DNA from: Eledone cirrhosa
Taxonomy: Eukaryota
Assembly: GCA_964016885.1 (NCBI GenBank)
Contig: OZ024746.1
Location: 7,440,001-7,504,000 of the forward strand
DNA length: 64,000 nt
Direction of reading: 5' to 3'
Shown here: piece by piece, positions 42,698 through 56,184 of the stretch
How the letters are laid out: each line of letters opens with the position of its first letter
Numbering within the stretch: position 1 is the first letter of the stretch
The notes under the pieces: model-generated
The model's input: the letters and a program-made list of their open reading frames with translations, nothing else
What the model was told of the DNA's origin: nothing
Database searches by the model: none
Program-made: the position numbers and the translations under genes

Positions 42698-44480
42698 GGT
42701 AGTGTTGAGAATGAATGGGAGAGAGAGAAACTACCCCCAGTAGACCCGGCAGAGGGACCAGCTATTGAGATTGATGACTATAGGCTCAAAGAGGCAATTA
42801 AGGAAATGAAAAGTGATAAGGGCGCTGGACCATCAGGGATAGTTACTGAGATGCTAAAGGCATCAGGAGAAGTAGGAACAAAAAATGGTTGCACGCATCG
42901 TCAATCAAACTATATATGGCGGAGTCATACCCAAATACTGGTGCAGCAGTATTCGTATAAATTGCTACAAAGGTAAAGGGGATGCTCTGGAGAGGAGCAA
43001 TTACAGGGGCATAAAACTGATGGATCAGGTTATGAAAGTGACAGAAAGAATACTAGCGCAACTAATTAGAGAAAGGGTCAAATTAGATGAGATGCAGTTT
43101 AGTTTTGTGCCCGGGAAAAGTACAACAGATGCCTTCTTCTTAGTGAGACAACTACAAGAGAGGTTCTTAGAGAAGAATAAGCCACTATATTTAGCTTTTG
43201 TTGACCTAGAGAAGGCCTTTGATAGAGTACCCCGATCTGTCATCTGGTGGTCCATAAGGAAACTAGGTGTAGAGGAATGGCTTGTGAGGACAGTGCAAGC
43301 TAGGTACAGAGGTGCTGTCAGTAAAGTGAGAGTAGGAATAGAGTTTAGTGAGGAATTCCAGATACAAGTAGGAGTACATCAGGGTTCGGTCCTCAGCCCG
43401 CTCTTGTTCATTATAGTCCTCCAAGCCATAACAGAGGAGTTTAAGACTGGCTGTCCATGGCAACTTCTCTATGCTGACGATCTGGTTCTTATAGCAGAAT
43501 CAGTAGAAGAGCTAGAGAATAAATTCTGGCTATGAAAACAGCAGTTCTAATCAAGAGGACTGAGAGTGAACCTAGCTAAGACTAAAGTGTTAATAAGTAG
43601 AAAAGAGGACAAAACTCTGATTTCATCAGGGAAATGGCCATGTTCGATATGTAGAAAAGGAGTTGGCATAAATTCTATAGAATGTACACAATGTAGAACT
43701 TGGGTACACAAGAGATGTAGTGGGATAGCAGGCAAACTAACAGGTAGGGAAAACTACATATACAGTAGGTGTTCAGGGAAATTTGACAGTAGAAGTCGCA
43801 GCGATAGACGCATTTTTCAAATGCAGGTAGGATCTATATATGTGGTTGATAGCTTCTGATACCTAGGTGATCAGATTAGGAAGGGAAAAATGGGAGGATG
43901 CTCCGAGGCCATAGTATCTAGAATAAGGACAAGATAGAAGAAGTTTAACGAGCTGCTCCCTCTGTTGACAATGAAGGGTTTCTTCCTGCGAACGAAAGGT
44001 CGGTTATATGATGCCTGTGTGAGATGCGCGATGTTGCATGGTAGTGTGACATGGGCAGCAACTGCGGAGGATATGCGACGGCTGGAGAGAAATGAAGCAA
44101 GCATGCTCCGTTGGATGTGTAATGTCAATGTGCATGAATGACCAATCATAGCCGAGTTGAGAGAGAAATTGTGTATAAGAGGGATAAGCTGTAGTGTGCA
44201 GGAGAGAAGACTGCGTTGGTATGGACATGTGATGCGCATGGAGGATGGCGGCTGGGTAAAGAAGTGCCAAGAAATGCCAGTAGAAGGAAGACGCAGTAGA
44301 GGTAGACCACGAAAATCATGGGCGGAGGTGGTGAGAGCTGACCTCAGATCACTGAAGCTCACGGAGGAGATGACGAAGAACCGTGACGAATGGAGAGATG
44401 ATGTGCTGAATAGGACCCGTCCCACCCTTGCAAGCAGGGAAAAGCGGATATAAAATGATGATGATGATGAGGATGATGAT
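42698..44480 (+). mobile_element. 5'-truncated RTE-clade LINE, RT pseudogene with Cys-rich (PHD-like) segment and (ATG)n tail
   Basis: NYRGIKL, AFVDLEKAFDRV, GVHQGSVLSPLLF, LLYADDL, KWPCSICRKGVG..C..C..WVHKRC, RLRWYGHVMR, RGRPRKSW; several stops and frameshifts. Confidence 0.95.
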
Positions 44481-44724
44481 ATATACTATAATTAGTAAAA
44501 AGAAATACACATTTTCTTCCGCAAAAATTTGATTGCACTGTTTTGTCTTCACTCATGTATTTTTTGAAAATGTTATTTATTCATTATAAAAATTAAATTA
44601 TATCTATATGTGGGTGGGCGCCCTTTATCTCCTGGCAACCAATATTTTTAGACCCAGTCTGCCACTGGCAATAAGTATAGATGTCGTATCTAGTTGTTGG
44701 TAGAGGAACAGAGTTAAATACTTT

Positions 44725-44928
44725 AAGAAAGAGGGATTCCAATATCTTCTTTTATGCACAATTACATAATACGTATTTCATCAGAAAATGACGCAAGACA
44801 ATCGGTGGCAACGTCATCAGATATAATGAATATAAAAGATTTAAAGGTTTAGTTCAGTAATCCCTACTGGGTTACAGCAAATATAAACAAAGAATCGATA
44901 AAGGAAGATACTGGAATCCCGTCTTCTT
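44725..44928. repeat. Short inverted repeat enclosing a degenerate HHR motif (44761-44827, -)
   Basis: About 30-bp arms; rc ATTATAT CTGATGA..GAAATACGTATT ATGTAAT. Confidence 0.6.
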
Positions 44929-44941
44929 GTATTTTCATTGA

Positions 44942-44998
<57 letters not shown>

Positions 44999-45081
44999 CC
45001 GTATGTGGTTGACGGCTGAGAGAAAAGAGTACTCAATACCGAAGTAGAGTTTTAATATTCATTTTATTAATGCTAAATAAT

Positions 45082-45491
45082 TATTTCTACATTTGGCACA
45101 AGGCCAGCAATTTGGGGGAGGAGAAAGTCGATTAAATCGACCCCAGTGTGTTACTGGTACTTTATTTTATCGACCCCCGTAAAGGATGAAAGGCAAAGTT
45201 AACCTCGGCGGGATTTGAACTCAGATCATAAAGGGCCGTAACTCTATGCTGCAAAGCATGGCGTCTGACCTTCTACCGATACTGTCAATCCACTGCCCTC
45301 ATCATCATCATCATTTCATTTTACGTCCGCTTTTCCCTGCTTGCAAGGGTTGGACGGGTCCTATTCAGCACAGTATCTTTCCACTTGTCATGGTCCTTCG
45401 TTATCTCCTCCGTGAGTTTCATCGATCTGAGGTCTGCTCTCACCACCTCCGCCTATGTTTTTCGTGGTCTACCTCTACTGCGTCTTCCTTC
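45082..45491 (-). mobile_element. Chimeric insertion: RTE 3' end (45299-45491) fused to SINE family A (45082-45298)
   Basis: TAATGCTAAATAAT duplicated at 45068-45081 and 45492-45505; RTE part homologous to 44283-44470. Confidence 0.85.
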
Positions 45492-45499
45492 TAATGCTA

Positions 45500-45597
45500 A
45501 ATAATGAGCCTTGTTACTCTGGAGTTTTGTCTTATCACAGGGTCATCATGACCCTATGATAAACATGCTTGACTCCAGAGTAACAAGGCTCATTATT
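45500..45597. repeat. Hairpin or foldback (AATAATGAGCCTTGTTACTCTGGAGT ... ACTCCAGAGTAACAAGGCTCATTATT)
   Basis: 26-bp perfect outer arms, inner AGGGTCA/TGACCCT. Confidence 0.85.
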
Positions 45598-46019
45598 GAG
45601 CCATAATAAATGACTATCTATCTATCTATCTCTATATATAGTCTTCTTAAATCTGATACTTTCATCTTACCCTAATTCCATGGAACCACAGGAAGTGATG
45701 TTGGCAATATTTTTCTTCTATCACCTCGAGGTGTAAACAATATCTGGGGAATTTATCTCGTTATCATGTCTTAAGGGACATATGTCAAACTCACCTCATT
45801 TAATCTCAGAAACAGGTAAAAGCATCACCGAGTGAACCTGCATGTGGTAAGCTTATCTCATTCCTAGTATCTTTTTTTTTTTTTAATTTATATTTATAAA
45901 CATTATTTTAGAGGATAATTAGATGTTTCCCTTGAAATTGGTGTTTACTTCCTATAATAAACCTAGGTTACTCAAGTCATAAATAAAAGCAGTAATGATG
46001 TCAAAACTCCTCCTCCTCC

Positions 46020-46960
46020 GTATTATTATTTCTTCGCTCATCTTCCAGCATTGGAGATGTATTACACTGTTAGCTGGTCACTGCCAATGAACTGAGGTAA
46101 CACCCCTTATTTTACGAGTACCCTCCGAAGCATTTGAGCTTTTCCAAGCAATGATGTTTTCTGTAAGTGTTCCATCCACATTGCAATCCCTATTTGTTTA
46201 GGTACTTCTCAAGATCTTTACTCACTCTTCCCAAGACTCCAACTATTATTGGTATTACCACCACCTCTTTCAGTGACCACAACTCCTTAACTGCCCAAGC
46301 TAACCTGTCATATCTATCAATTTTTTTCCTTCTTTATCGCATACTTTGTTATCAACTAGACAGGGTATATCTATGATCCCACACTGTTTGCTTTCTTTCT
46401 CAATTAATACAATATCTGGTCTCCTATGCTCAATCTCATGGTCACACTGAGGTCACAAAGTCCAACAGGATCTTTGCCTCATAATTTTTTTATAACGCCC
46501 TCGGTGTTATGTTTACACCACTTTTCTGCTCTGTCAAGAAAATATTTGCCACAAAGTGTCCAATGGACTATCCTTGCTATGTTGTCATGACATCTCTTAT
46601 ATTCTTTCTGAGCTAGTGACATACATTGACTGGTAATATGCCATACAGTTTCTCCATCCATGCCACAAATTCTACACTTATATCTTTCTGCTGTGTGGTC
46701 TACTCTATGCTTCATGTAGTTAGTTCTTAGTGTTTGTTCTTGAGCAGCACAGATTAAGGTTTCTGTTTCCGGTTTTATATCCCTTTTTGCCATCCATAAC
46801 CACCTTTTTTTTCTGTCCTATCTTCAACATTTCTATGGAATTGTCCATACATTCTTTTTTCTGTCCATCTACTTTTACTTTCATCCATCTTTAAATGCTT
46901 GGACTGTTTATTTTCTTTGCAGTCCTCTATTTTGCCCACCCCTGACCTTCTTCCAGCAAC
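46020..46960 (-). mobile_element. Second Dong/R4-like LINE fragment (REL endonuclease)
   Basis: MYGQF, ETETLICAAQEQTLRT, CRIC..ETVWHITSQC, EIEHRRPDIVL, IPIIVGVLG; frameshifted. Confidence 0.85.
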
Positions 46961-47460
46961 AGAGGTTCTGTGGAATTTTATTTTATAACATATGAGAATA
47001 AAATTTCGCCGGAGATAGATTAGCAAAATCTATATATATGGTAGGGTTGGAACAAGAGCGGGGAGGTTGGAAAAAATTTGAAAAATTAATAAGTAGGGTA
47101 AGTGAGATGATTATTCGAGACTGGAGAGTCGTGTATTGTGTGTCTGTTAAGGCCTATTAACACGATTTCAGTATTAATGTCGACAAATGTGTATTAGTGC
47201 TTGTTAAAGTTTGTGAAAATATGATACCGACTACTGATGTGATAAATTTCAAGAATGTTAATGTTTGTAAAAAATTGTTCAACATATCGGTCAATATTTC
47301 TTAATGTTTATAAAAAGTATATTAGTATTTGTCAAAATAGGTTAATGTTTGTCTATCTTGTTTAATATTTGATGTGTCAGAATGTATCTATAGGTATTTG
47401 TAGGTAAATTTCATTAACTATATATAATTGCTTTAGTGAAGAGATATGGAACCTGCAGCT

Positions 47461-48573
47461 TCCTATGACATTATGTGCAGTCTCCTATGTCATTCTGTGC
47501 AGTCTCCTATGTCATTCTGTGTGGCCTCCTGTGTCATTCTGTGTGGCCTCCTATGTCATTCTGTGCAGTCTCCTGTGTCATTATGTGCAGTCTCGTGTCA
47601 TTCTGTGTGGCCTCCTGTGTCATTCTGTGCAGTCTCCTGTGTCATTCTGTGTGGCCTCCTGTGTCATTCTGTGTGGCCTCCTGTGTCATTCTGTGTGGCC
47701 TCCTGTGTCATTCTGTGTGGCCTCCTGTGTCATTCTGTGTGGCCTCCTATGTCATTCTGTGCAGTCTCCTATGTCATTCTGTGTGGCCTCCTGTGTCATT
47801 CTGTGTGGCCTCCTATGTCATTCTGTGCAGTCTCCTGTGTCATTATGTGCAGTCTCCTGTGTCATTCTGTGTGGCCTCCTATGTCATTCTGTGTGGCCTC
47901 CTGTGTCATTCTGTGCAGTCTCCTGTGTCATTCTGTGTGGCCTCCTGTGTCATTCTGTGTGGCCTCCTGTGTCATTCTGTGTGGCCTCCTGTGTCATTCT
48001 GTGTGGCCTCCTGTGTCATTCTGTGTGGCCTCCTGTGTCATTCTGTGTGGCCTCCTGTGTCATTCTGTGTGGCCTCCTGTGTCATTCTGTGCAGTCTCCT
48101 GTGTCATTCTGTGTGGCCTCCTGTGTCATTCTGTGCAGTCTCCTGTGTCATTCTGTGTGGCCTCCTGTGTCATTCTGTGCAGTCTCCTGTGTCATTCTGT
48201 GTGGCCTCCTGTGTCATTCTGTGCAGTCTCCTGTGTCATTCTGTGTGGCCTCCTGTGTCATTCTGTGCAGTCTCCTGTGTCATTCTGTGCAGTCTCCTGT
48301 GTCATTCTGTGCAGTCTCCTATGTCATTCTGTGTGGCCTCCTGTGTCATTCTGTGCAGTCTCCTGTGTCATTCTGTGAAGTCTCCTGTGTCATTCTGTGC
48401 AGTCTCCTGTGTCATTCTGTGCAGTCTCCTATGTCATTCTGTGCAGTCTCCTATGTCATTCTGTGCAGTCTCCTGTGTCATTCTGTGCAGTCTCCTATGT
48501 CATTCTGTGCAGTCTCCTATGTCATTCTGTGCAGTCTCCTGTGTCATTCTGTGCAGTCTCCTGTGTCATTCTG
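47461..48573. repeat. 22-bp minisatellite with two interleaved variants (TCCTGTGTCATTCTGTG[CAGTC/TGGCC])
   Basis: About 50 units. Confidence 0.97.
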
Positions 48574-49044
48574 TTGGCCTTTTGAAAGAATAAAAAAATT
48601 CCAACAAATTAAAAATTTTTATTAATATGTTTTTGTCTATCTCTTATTATTTTAATTTAAACCATAAGATCAACGTATTTTAAATACCAAAGAGTAAAAG
48701 AAAATTCAACGAAATAATCTACACTGACAGACAGCCAAAATTAAAACATTAGTAGATCATAAGAACCATTTCAGTACTTTCTATGCTCATGTTTTAGTTC
48801 TAATGTGATTCTAGAATGTACATTAAATTCCTGCCTAACTGGAGCCACTATTGCCTGAAGTTGGTTAGGAAGAACCTGCTGGGATTTAGTACGTTAGTGA
48901 TTATCAAGATTTTAAGAATATATAATTATAGTTTCTTGAATATGGCCTTATTATGTGGCCTATTGGTAGGTATTAGAGAAAGTGAAAGTCCTGGTCTGGA
49001 GTTCAATCTCTGTCAGGTTCTCCACTATGGGTATTATTATTTCA

Positions 49045-49272
49045 GGGGGGTGGATTGGCAGTATCAGTAGAGAGTCAGACGCCAGTCAATCAGTACAAGA
49101 CTCCCCTGGACAGAACACCAGTCAATCAGCACAGTTACGTCCCTTTACGGACTGAGTTCAATTTCCTGCCGAAGTTAACTTTGCCTTTCATCCTTACGGG
49201 GTCGATAAAATAAAGTACCAGTAATGTACTGGGTAATTGCTGGCATTGTGCCAAAAAGTAGAAACAATTATT
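49045..49272 (+). mobile_element. SINE family A with internal foreign insert
   Basis: Head, B-box, core and tail present; CCAGTCAATCAG duplicated around the insert. Confidence 0.8.
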
Positions 49273-50534
49273 AATGCATATGAAACCTTAATTTTGTTCG
49301 TTTCATTTGTTTGGCATGCCACCACAACTCACTTCAACCTTTGTTAATAAATTACATTTATTGTTACAACAGAGTACAAATTGTCGTCGACTTCATTTTA
49401 CATATTGATATTATTATTACATGGCTTAATGTTATTTAACAGCTAATCTGGTTACAATTACATGCTGTTGATACAAACACACAAATACAAATATTATCAT
49501 TCTCGTTAATATCATTTTAAATACCTCTAAACCTACGCCTGGACACTAAAAGCTCTTTTTTTATGTTAATATTCCAGGAATCATAATTAAGATGTAGAAA
49601 ACTACCATCCTAAGAGTAAATACAGAAATATCTTTATCTCAGGTGAGATAAGGTATTACGGGTTTATATTTCAAGGGTTTTCCACAATTATATCTAGTAG
49701 TGTTTTTTATCAGTTTTATTTTTAATGTTATCATTATCATTTTATCGAACAAATTTACAGTGAGCTAACGCATAACTTTATGAGAGATCTGATGCTGTAT
49801 TCTAGAAATATATCTTATATAAAGAAGAGACTCGACCTGGTTACCCTACACTCAAAATATATAAGTACAAAGCTGGATTAAGATAGATTGGTTAAGATAC
49901 GAATGTCACATATAACTAGGGATATGTGAAAACATTTACTGTGACGTAACCAAGAACAAATAATCAAGGAATATCAAGCCAGATTTAACAAAACATGGCA
50001 CTTCGATCTCTCCGTAAATCAATAACATACAATGATGTTAACTCTAATCCAGCCTATAAACAAAATCGTGTCTTTTTGTATACCAGAGACTACAGTGTTC
50101 AATGTATTCGTCGTTATTTAAGTTTGTAAGTTGTAATTTGAGGGGAAATTTCACTGATCAAACATGCTCGTAATTGACTTTTTCTCCCAAAACGGAAGGG
50201 GGGGGGGGTCATCCTCAGATTTTCCCAGCTTCGGAAATTTCTTCGGTGGGAATTTTTTTCTTTTTTAGTTTTTTTGTTTGTTTGTTTGTTTTCAACCGAT
50301 ATGACATGAGATTCAGTCACCAACAACTCCTTTTCTTGAAAGAAAACGGAGATGAGGAAGGAAGAAGACCCTGGTAGTAATAGTTAAGCATCTCTCAGCC
50401 GTTTAAATTTATAGTAAACCCGATGAGGATTGTGAAAACAATTTTTTTACCTAGTTTTTTTTTTCAAGTGTATTCAAATAATCTGACATCCAACATGTTC
50501 GCAATCGCACCCCCCCCCCCCCCACGCAAAGGGG

Positions 50535-50925
50535 GGGGTGACTGGATGTCTATTTGGAAAATGGACAACGAGTGTATTTTACGGCCCAGAATGCAGCCCG
50601 ACATACCACAGCACCAAGAAAGACAATTTTGCTTGCACTTTTTGAACTTTGTAGAACTGACAGCTTTGTAGGAACTCTATTATGTGGACAAATACCATCC
50701 TACTACACCTCTGATAAACAGAGAGGAAAATGGAACAGGCGAAAACAAAGAAGACCAGCGCTAATGTTTCCCCTTGGGGGATGCTGCTTAATCAAGTTAG
50801 AGACCCTCAAGACTTTCATCAACTTCTTAAAGTGAATGATAGTGTTTGTAACACCTATGAAGAGGCTTGCATGTGGAGAGGTCAGTTGGAAAACGACAAT
50901 CAATGGGATGCAACACAGAGGCGTC
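50535..50925 (+). mobile_element. Helitron RepHel fragment
   Basis: ENGQRVYFT..LLALFELCRTD..IPSYYT..KWNRRKQ..LLNQVRDP..F..LKVN..C.TYEEAC..RG.LENDNQWD, region between Rep and Pif1 helicase. Confidence 0.85.
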
Positions 50926-51204
50926 TCCTCAATATTGGACAGATAAAAATATTCGGAATTTGTTCTGAGGGTATCTTTGGTTTAATCGATCCCAGTACTT
51001 CATTGATACTCATTTTAGCGTCTCCAGTTAAATGCAAAATAAAATTGAACCTGGCAGGGTACTCAGAAGGCGACATTTTATATACAGTTCTAGATATCCT
51101 GGTACATAGAGTGAGTGAAAGTGAGGCGAGAAGAGGAAATGTGTGACATCCGAACGAGTATCCTCCACCTACAACTAATTAACCCTCCGACTCTTAGTCC
51201 TGGC

Positions 51205-51535
51205 TAACAGGATGGAGAATACATTATCTCACAGGGCTCGCACCTGCGGGGGGCAGCGAGGGTGACGCTATGCACAGCCACTCCATCCACCTCACAGGGC
51301 TCGCACCTGCGGGGGGCAGCGAGGGTGACGCTATGCACAGCCACTCCATCCACCTCACAGGGCTCGCACCTGCGGGGGGCAGCGAGGGTGACGCTATGCA
51401 CAGCCACTCCATCCACCTCACAGGGCTCGCACCTGCGGGGGGCAGCGAGGGTGACGCTATGCACAGCCACTCCATCCACCTCACAGGGCTCGCACCTACG
51501 GGCAGCCGACTCAGCTCCGTTAATAGTGAGTAGGG
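51205..51535 (-). repeat. Inverted CRE-like fragment containing 4+ copies of a 63-bp tandem unit
   Basis: CTCACAGGGC at 51228, 51291 and onward; rc resembles CCGCAGGTGTGAGCCTCACGAG.. at 51788. Confidence 0.85.
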
Positions 51536-51559
51536 ATGTGATAGGGGGGGGGGTCAAGA

Positions 51560-51910
51560 ATGCCGGAAGTCTCCACTGCTACAAGCTCTACACTTTCTCC
51601 AGCCCCAACCTGGTGCAGTCTGCGACTGACCCAGGTTCTGCTGCACGTCGGGCTGAGGAGGCCAAACTCTTAAATACCGGTCGCTCTCCGACAGGTTTGC
51701 GGTCGTACCCCTGGCAGTGGAGACTTCTGGTGTCCTCGGCTCTAGGGCTACCTCCCTTCTCACCACCATAGGCGCTGAGCTGGCCAGCCGCAGGTGTGAG
51801 CCTCACGAGTTGGAATGGCTTTTCCAGCGCGTCTCCCTTGCCGTCCTCCGGGGAAAGCCTTCTCCATTCTGTCCGCCGGGGCTGTGGGGAGGCCACCATC
51901 ATAATTGACT
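51560..51910 (+). mobile_element. CRE-clade non-LTR retrotransposon 3' fragment; other copies 54128-54330 and 63120-63395
   Basis: AVETSGVLG.RATSLL..IG.ELA.RRCE..E.EWLFQRVSLAVLRG(NA), CRE-type REL C-terminus. Confidence 0.75.
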
Positions 51911-52494
51911 GACTTATTATTTTATCAGCTCTACCACAAACCTATCAGAGAGCAGCTGATACTAGGACAATTTGCCCTCTTCGGCCTGGCGGGTAGCAGA
52001 GACTGGGCTGGTAGCTGAACGGACGAGGTTGCCACTTGAGGAGGTGTCACAGCATGTAGCATCCCAGATGAGGGGTCTACCCCCGCGGAACGGGAAGACT
52101 GTCATGCCATTTGGTCTTTTACCGTCCCCTTGGTCCAGCCACGCTGCCTTGAGCTGGGAAGGGGAGCTGCTTTATGATGTCGTTGAGAGCAACACGGCGT
52201 GGGAGGCGGCCAACTTATTTTATATGGCACTTTACTCATCTTGTTCAACTGACTTTGCTCTTACCAAAGCAGACGACCGTTAATTTGTTTTTAAAAGGAT
52301 CCACACGATTCATATATTTGAATGTAACTGTACTTATCTATTGGTGGCGCCCCCTAGCATAAGACGTAATCTTTGACACTCTACACAGATAAAAGACATA
52401 TCTTTTCCTTGATTTATTACAGTTCACCTCTTTATGTCATATCTCTTTCTTGTGGAGATATTTTACAAATTTTGATTCTATAGAAGAGCGAGTG

Positions 52495-52647
52495 TGTGTG
52501 TGTGTGGGGGGGGGGGTTGTATGAAAAATATCTGAAAACAAGAGATAACAAGATTATGTATATATTTTTGTTTCGTGTGTGCCTGTGCGTGTGTGTGTGC
52601 CTGTGTGCCTGTGTGTGCCTGTGTGTGTGTGTGTGCCTGTGTGTGCC

Positions 52648-52681
<34 letters not shown>

Positions 52682-52950
52682 CATGTGTGTGTGTGTGTGT
52701 GTGTGCCTCTGTGTGTGTGTGCGCGCGCCTCTGTGTGTCTGTGTCTGTGTGTGTGTGCCTCTGTGTGTGTGTGTCTGTGTGTGTGCGCGCTCTTCTGTGT
52801 GTCTGTGCCTGTGTGTGTGTGTGCGTCTGTGTGTGTGTGTGTGCCTGTGAGTGTGTGTGCCTGTGTGTCTGTGCCTGTGTGTGTGTGTGTGTGCCTCTGT
52901 GTGTCTGTGCCTGTGTGTGTGTGTGTGTGCCTCTGTGTGTGTGTGTATCA
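52495..52950. repeat. Compound (TG)n/GTGCCT simple repeat
   Basis: Direct inspection. Confidence 0.9.
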
Positions 52951-53189
52951 CACGACATATGTCGGGTATCATTTCAAGTTATCAACATGTAATTTATAAC
53001 TTTCATCTTCCATTTTATTTTACTGTCCTACTACAATAGCTTTAGACTTAATACTTATCCTAATTCCTTTCAAGCTCCTACTTTGATACGACTATGTCAT
53101 GCTTGAAATTTAGAATGGCTGTAACTAGTGAAGTTCACCTAGCCGACATTGTTCGAGTCTAACAGAAACTGCACGGTAATTATATGTCT

Positions 53190-53382
53190 AAGGCGGTGGA
53201 TTGGCAGTATTGGTAGAGGGCCGGACGCCATGCTTCGCAGCATAGAGTTACGGCCCTTTAAGGTCTGAGTTCAAATCCCACCGAGGTTAGCTTTGTCTTT
53301 CATCCTTATGGGGTCGATAAAATAAAGTACCAGTAATGTACTGGGGTAATTGATGGCCTTGTGCTAAAAGTAGAAACAATTA
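53190..53382 (+). mobile_element. SINE family A
   Basis: Full length; AATTATATGTCT TSD. Confidence 0.9.
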
Positions 53383-53414
53383 TATGTCTTTAGTTTAAAG
53401 GGAGAAGGAAACCT

Positions 53415-53850
53415 CCATAGAGAGAGAGGGGAGGGTGAGAGTGTGTGTGTGTGTGTGTGTGTGATAGAGAGAGAGAGGGGAGTGAGAGTGTGTGTGTGTG
53501 TGATAGAGAGAGAGAGGGGGGTGAGAGTGTGAGAGTGTGTGTGTGTGTGTGATAGAGAGAGAGAGGGGGGTGAGAGTGTGAGAGTGTGTGTGTGTGCGTG
53601 ATAGAGAGAGAGAGGGGGGTGAGAGTGTGAGAGTGTGTGTGTGTGTGTGATAGAGAGAGAGAGGGGGGTGAGAGTGTGTGTGTGTGTGTGTGTGATAGAG
53701 AGAGAGGGGAGGGTGAGAGTGTGTGTGTGTGTGTGTGTGTGATAGAGAGAGAGAGGGGAGTGAGAGTGTGTGTGTGTGTGATAGAGAGAGAGAGGGGGGT
53801 GAGAGTGTGTGTGTGTGTGTGATAGAGAGAGAGAGGGGGGTGAGAGTGGA
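53415..53850. repeat. Compound about 40-bp repeat built from (GA)n-GGGG-(GT)n blocks
   Basis: GTGATAGAGAGAGAGAGGGGGGTGAGAGTGTGT units. Confidence 0.9.
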
Positions 53851-54706
53851 TGTCTCCACCGCTGCAGATTCGACAACAAATCTATAGAAAGACAGTCAAT
53901 ACTTCAGCTTGTCGGGCAATGAAAAGTTGGATCTGTCTCTGAAGGCACCAGGCTGCCGCCGGAGAAGGTGTCACATCAGCTATCAGGGGCTTATCACCGC
54001 GAAACGGGAAGATTGTAATACCATCTGGCCTTAAAAGAAGGAATGAAGTCGTTCTTCATAAATCTACCAATTCCGGAATACCTTTTTCGATTTCATCAGA
54101 TTGAAATTGTTAATCAACAACATTGGTATCAGTGGAGACCTCTGGTGTCCTCGGCCCTAGGGCTACCTCCCTACTCACCACCATAGGCTCTGAGATGGCC
54201 AGCCGCAGGTGTGAGTCTCGCGAGTTGGAATGGCTTTTCCATCGCGTCTCCCTTGCCGTCCTCCGGGGTAACGCCTTCTCCTTTCTGTCCGCCGGGGCTG
54301 TGGGGAGGCCACCAATATGATTGACTGACTTGTCATTCTATCAGTCAACTGTTGCTGTCGTTAACATCTGTCAGTCTTATACACTAGACTTGAAGGAATG
54401 TAGCAATACCTTCCATTACCAACACCATCATTAACACTGCTAGACTCTCGCCACGATATCAGTAAATAAAAACATATTTGACAAATATAGCTTTTTAAAC
54501 TTAAAACGAAAAAAAAAAAAAATTAGAAAGAAATTTATAAACATTTCTATTCTTATTTTCAAAGGTACAAAGAACTTTCTGCTCACTTATCAGGCGATAT
54601 ATTTTCATACACTTTAAATATTTTACTTTTATACGTATTCAAACTATTTACAACTATTTTCTTTAATGTTTGCTATTTTTAATGTGTCTGCTTTGCGATA
54701 AAGAAG

Positions 54707-54748
<42 letters not shown>

Positions 54749-54782
54749 TATATATATATATATGTGTGTGTGTGTGTATATA

Positions 54783-54875
<93 letters not shown>

Positions 54876-54933
54876 TATTTTCAGTGTAATATTTTATGTT
54901 TGCTATTTTTAATGTGTCTGCTTTGCGATAAAG

Positions 54934-54965
<32 letters not shown>

Positions 54966-54980
54966 CAGTATATATATATT

Positions 54981-55013
<33 letters not shown>

Positions 55014-55665
55014 ATGTAAGTATGTATGTGTGTGTGTTTGTGTGTAAGTATGTATGTATGTGTATGTGTGTGTGTGTGTTATTTTCAATGTCATATTGGG
55101 TGTTACCAAATTGAAATAATATTGATGTGGTAACAATGTATTCCAGCAGCTGAATCACTTCAGCTGTTGGGTTCGACTGTTATCGCATTGCATGTTGCCA
55201 CAGTTTGACAGTCCATTAAATAAACTTAAACTACTAATATTTGCTGGTATTTTATTTCATCGACCCCAAAAGAAGGGCGAGATTTGAACTGAGAACATAA
55301 AGAGCTGGAAGAAGGCATCTTGTTTGACCTTTCTAACAACTCGGCCAGTGTCAATACTGCGCCAAAGCAAACCATTTTCTTTTTCTATTCTTTCAAAGAT
55401 AAAAGTTTATCTTCAATACGTGTGTTTCATTCATAAAGTTGGCTTTAAAAAATATGAAAAAGAAAGATAAAAACGAAATTAATAATGAGAAAAAGGGGGA
55501 ATGTGTAAAGAAAGGTATATCTGGCTGTATAGGAAAGTAGAAGAAAGGATTATAATTTTCCTCCATCAGGAGTTACGTGTCTATATATATATATAAAGAG
55601 ACACGTAACTGGTCGAATGGTTGGTTGTGTTGTGGTGTTGATTCATCTGCTACATGTGTGCTCAC

Positions 55666-55790
55666 TTGTAGATTGCTGAGTGGTGTGGCCGCTGTTGACA
55701 GTGTGACCAAAGATTACGTGTGTGAGTAAGTGTTCATTATGATATTGATGATAGAATGGTTCCAAAACTTCGTCGATGTGTTGAACTTCG
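55666..55790 (-). CDS. Candidate coding exon (EVQHIDEVLEPFYHQYHNEHLLTHVIFGHTVNSGHTTQQST)
   Basis: (CT)n tract plus CCAG acceptor (alternative AAG 4 nt upstream), strong GTGAGC donor, only one open frame. Confidence 0.5.
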
Positions 55791-55815
55791 CTGGCTTGGT
55801 AGAGAGAGAGAGGGA

Positions 55816-55885
<70 letters not shown>

Positions 55886-55908
55886 CCAAGGGTCTGTTCT
55901 GTGTAAGC

Positions 55909-56184
55909 CAGTCATGGGCAACCTGCGATCCGCGAGGCTTTCTGAATGGTTCGCCTAAGTCACCTAATTGAAATCTTCCTGATTTTTTTACCCTAACTTT
56001 TCAGTCGTAATTTATCTTTCTATCATTTTTACGATCGAGGAAAACAAGGTGTGCGAATTCTGAAAAACAAATCAAAACAACCTGAGTTACAGCCCTTTTT
56101 TAAATGTGGGTACGAATGTAAATTAGCCTGATGATGAGCCATATCTCATGCGGCCAGCTTCTCGAAAAAGGTTGCCCATGCCTG
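55909..56184. mobile_element. hAT-type MITE, 276 bp
   Basis: TIR CAGTCATGGGCAACC / GGTTGCCCATGCCTG; 8-bp TSD GTGTAAGC at 55901-55908 and 56185-56192. Confidence 0.9.

Noticed and set aside
42885-43535. RT ORF as part of a novel RT system (retron or DGR-like) linked to the arrays
   Set aside because: Motifs, Cys-rich segment and (ATG)n tail are those of an ordinary RTE LINE, and it is broken by stops
47446-48625. Cys-rich ORFs in three frames
   Set aside because: 22-bp unit cycles through all frames; repeat artefact
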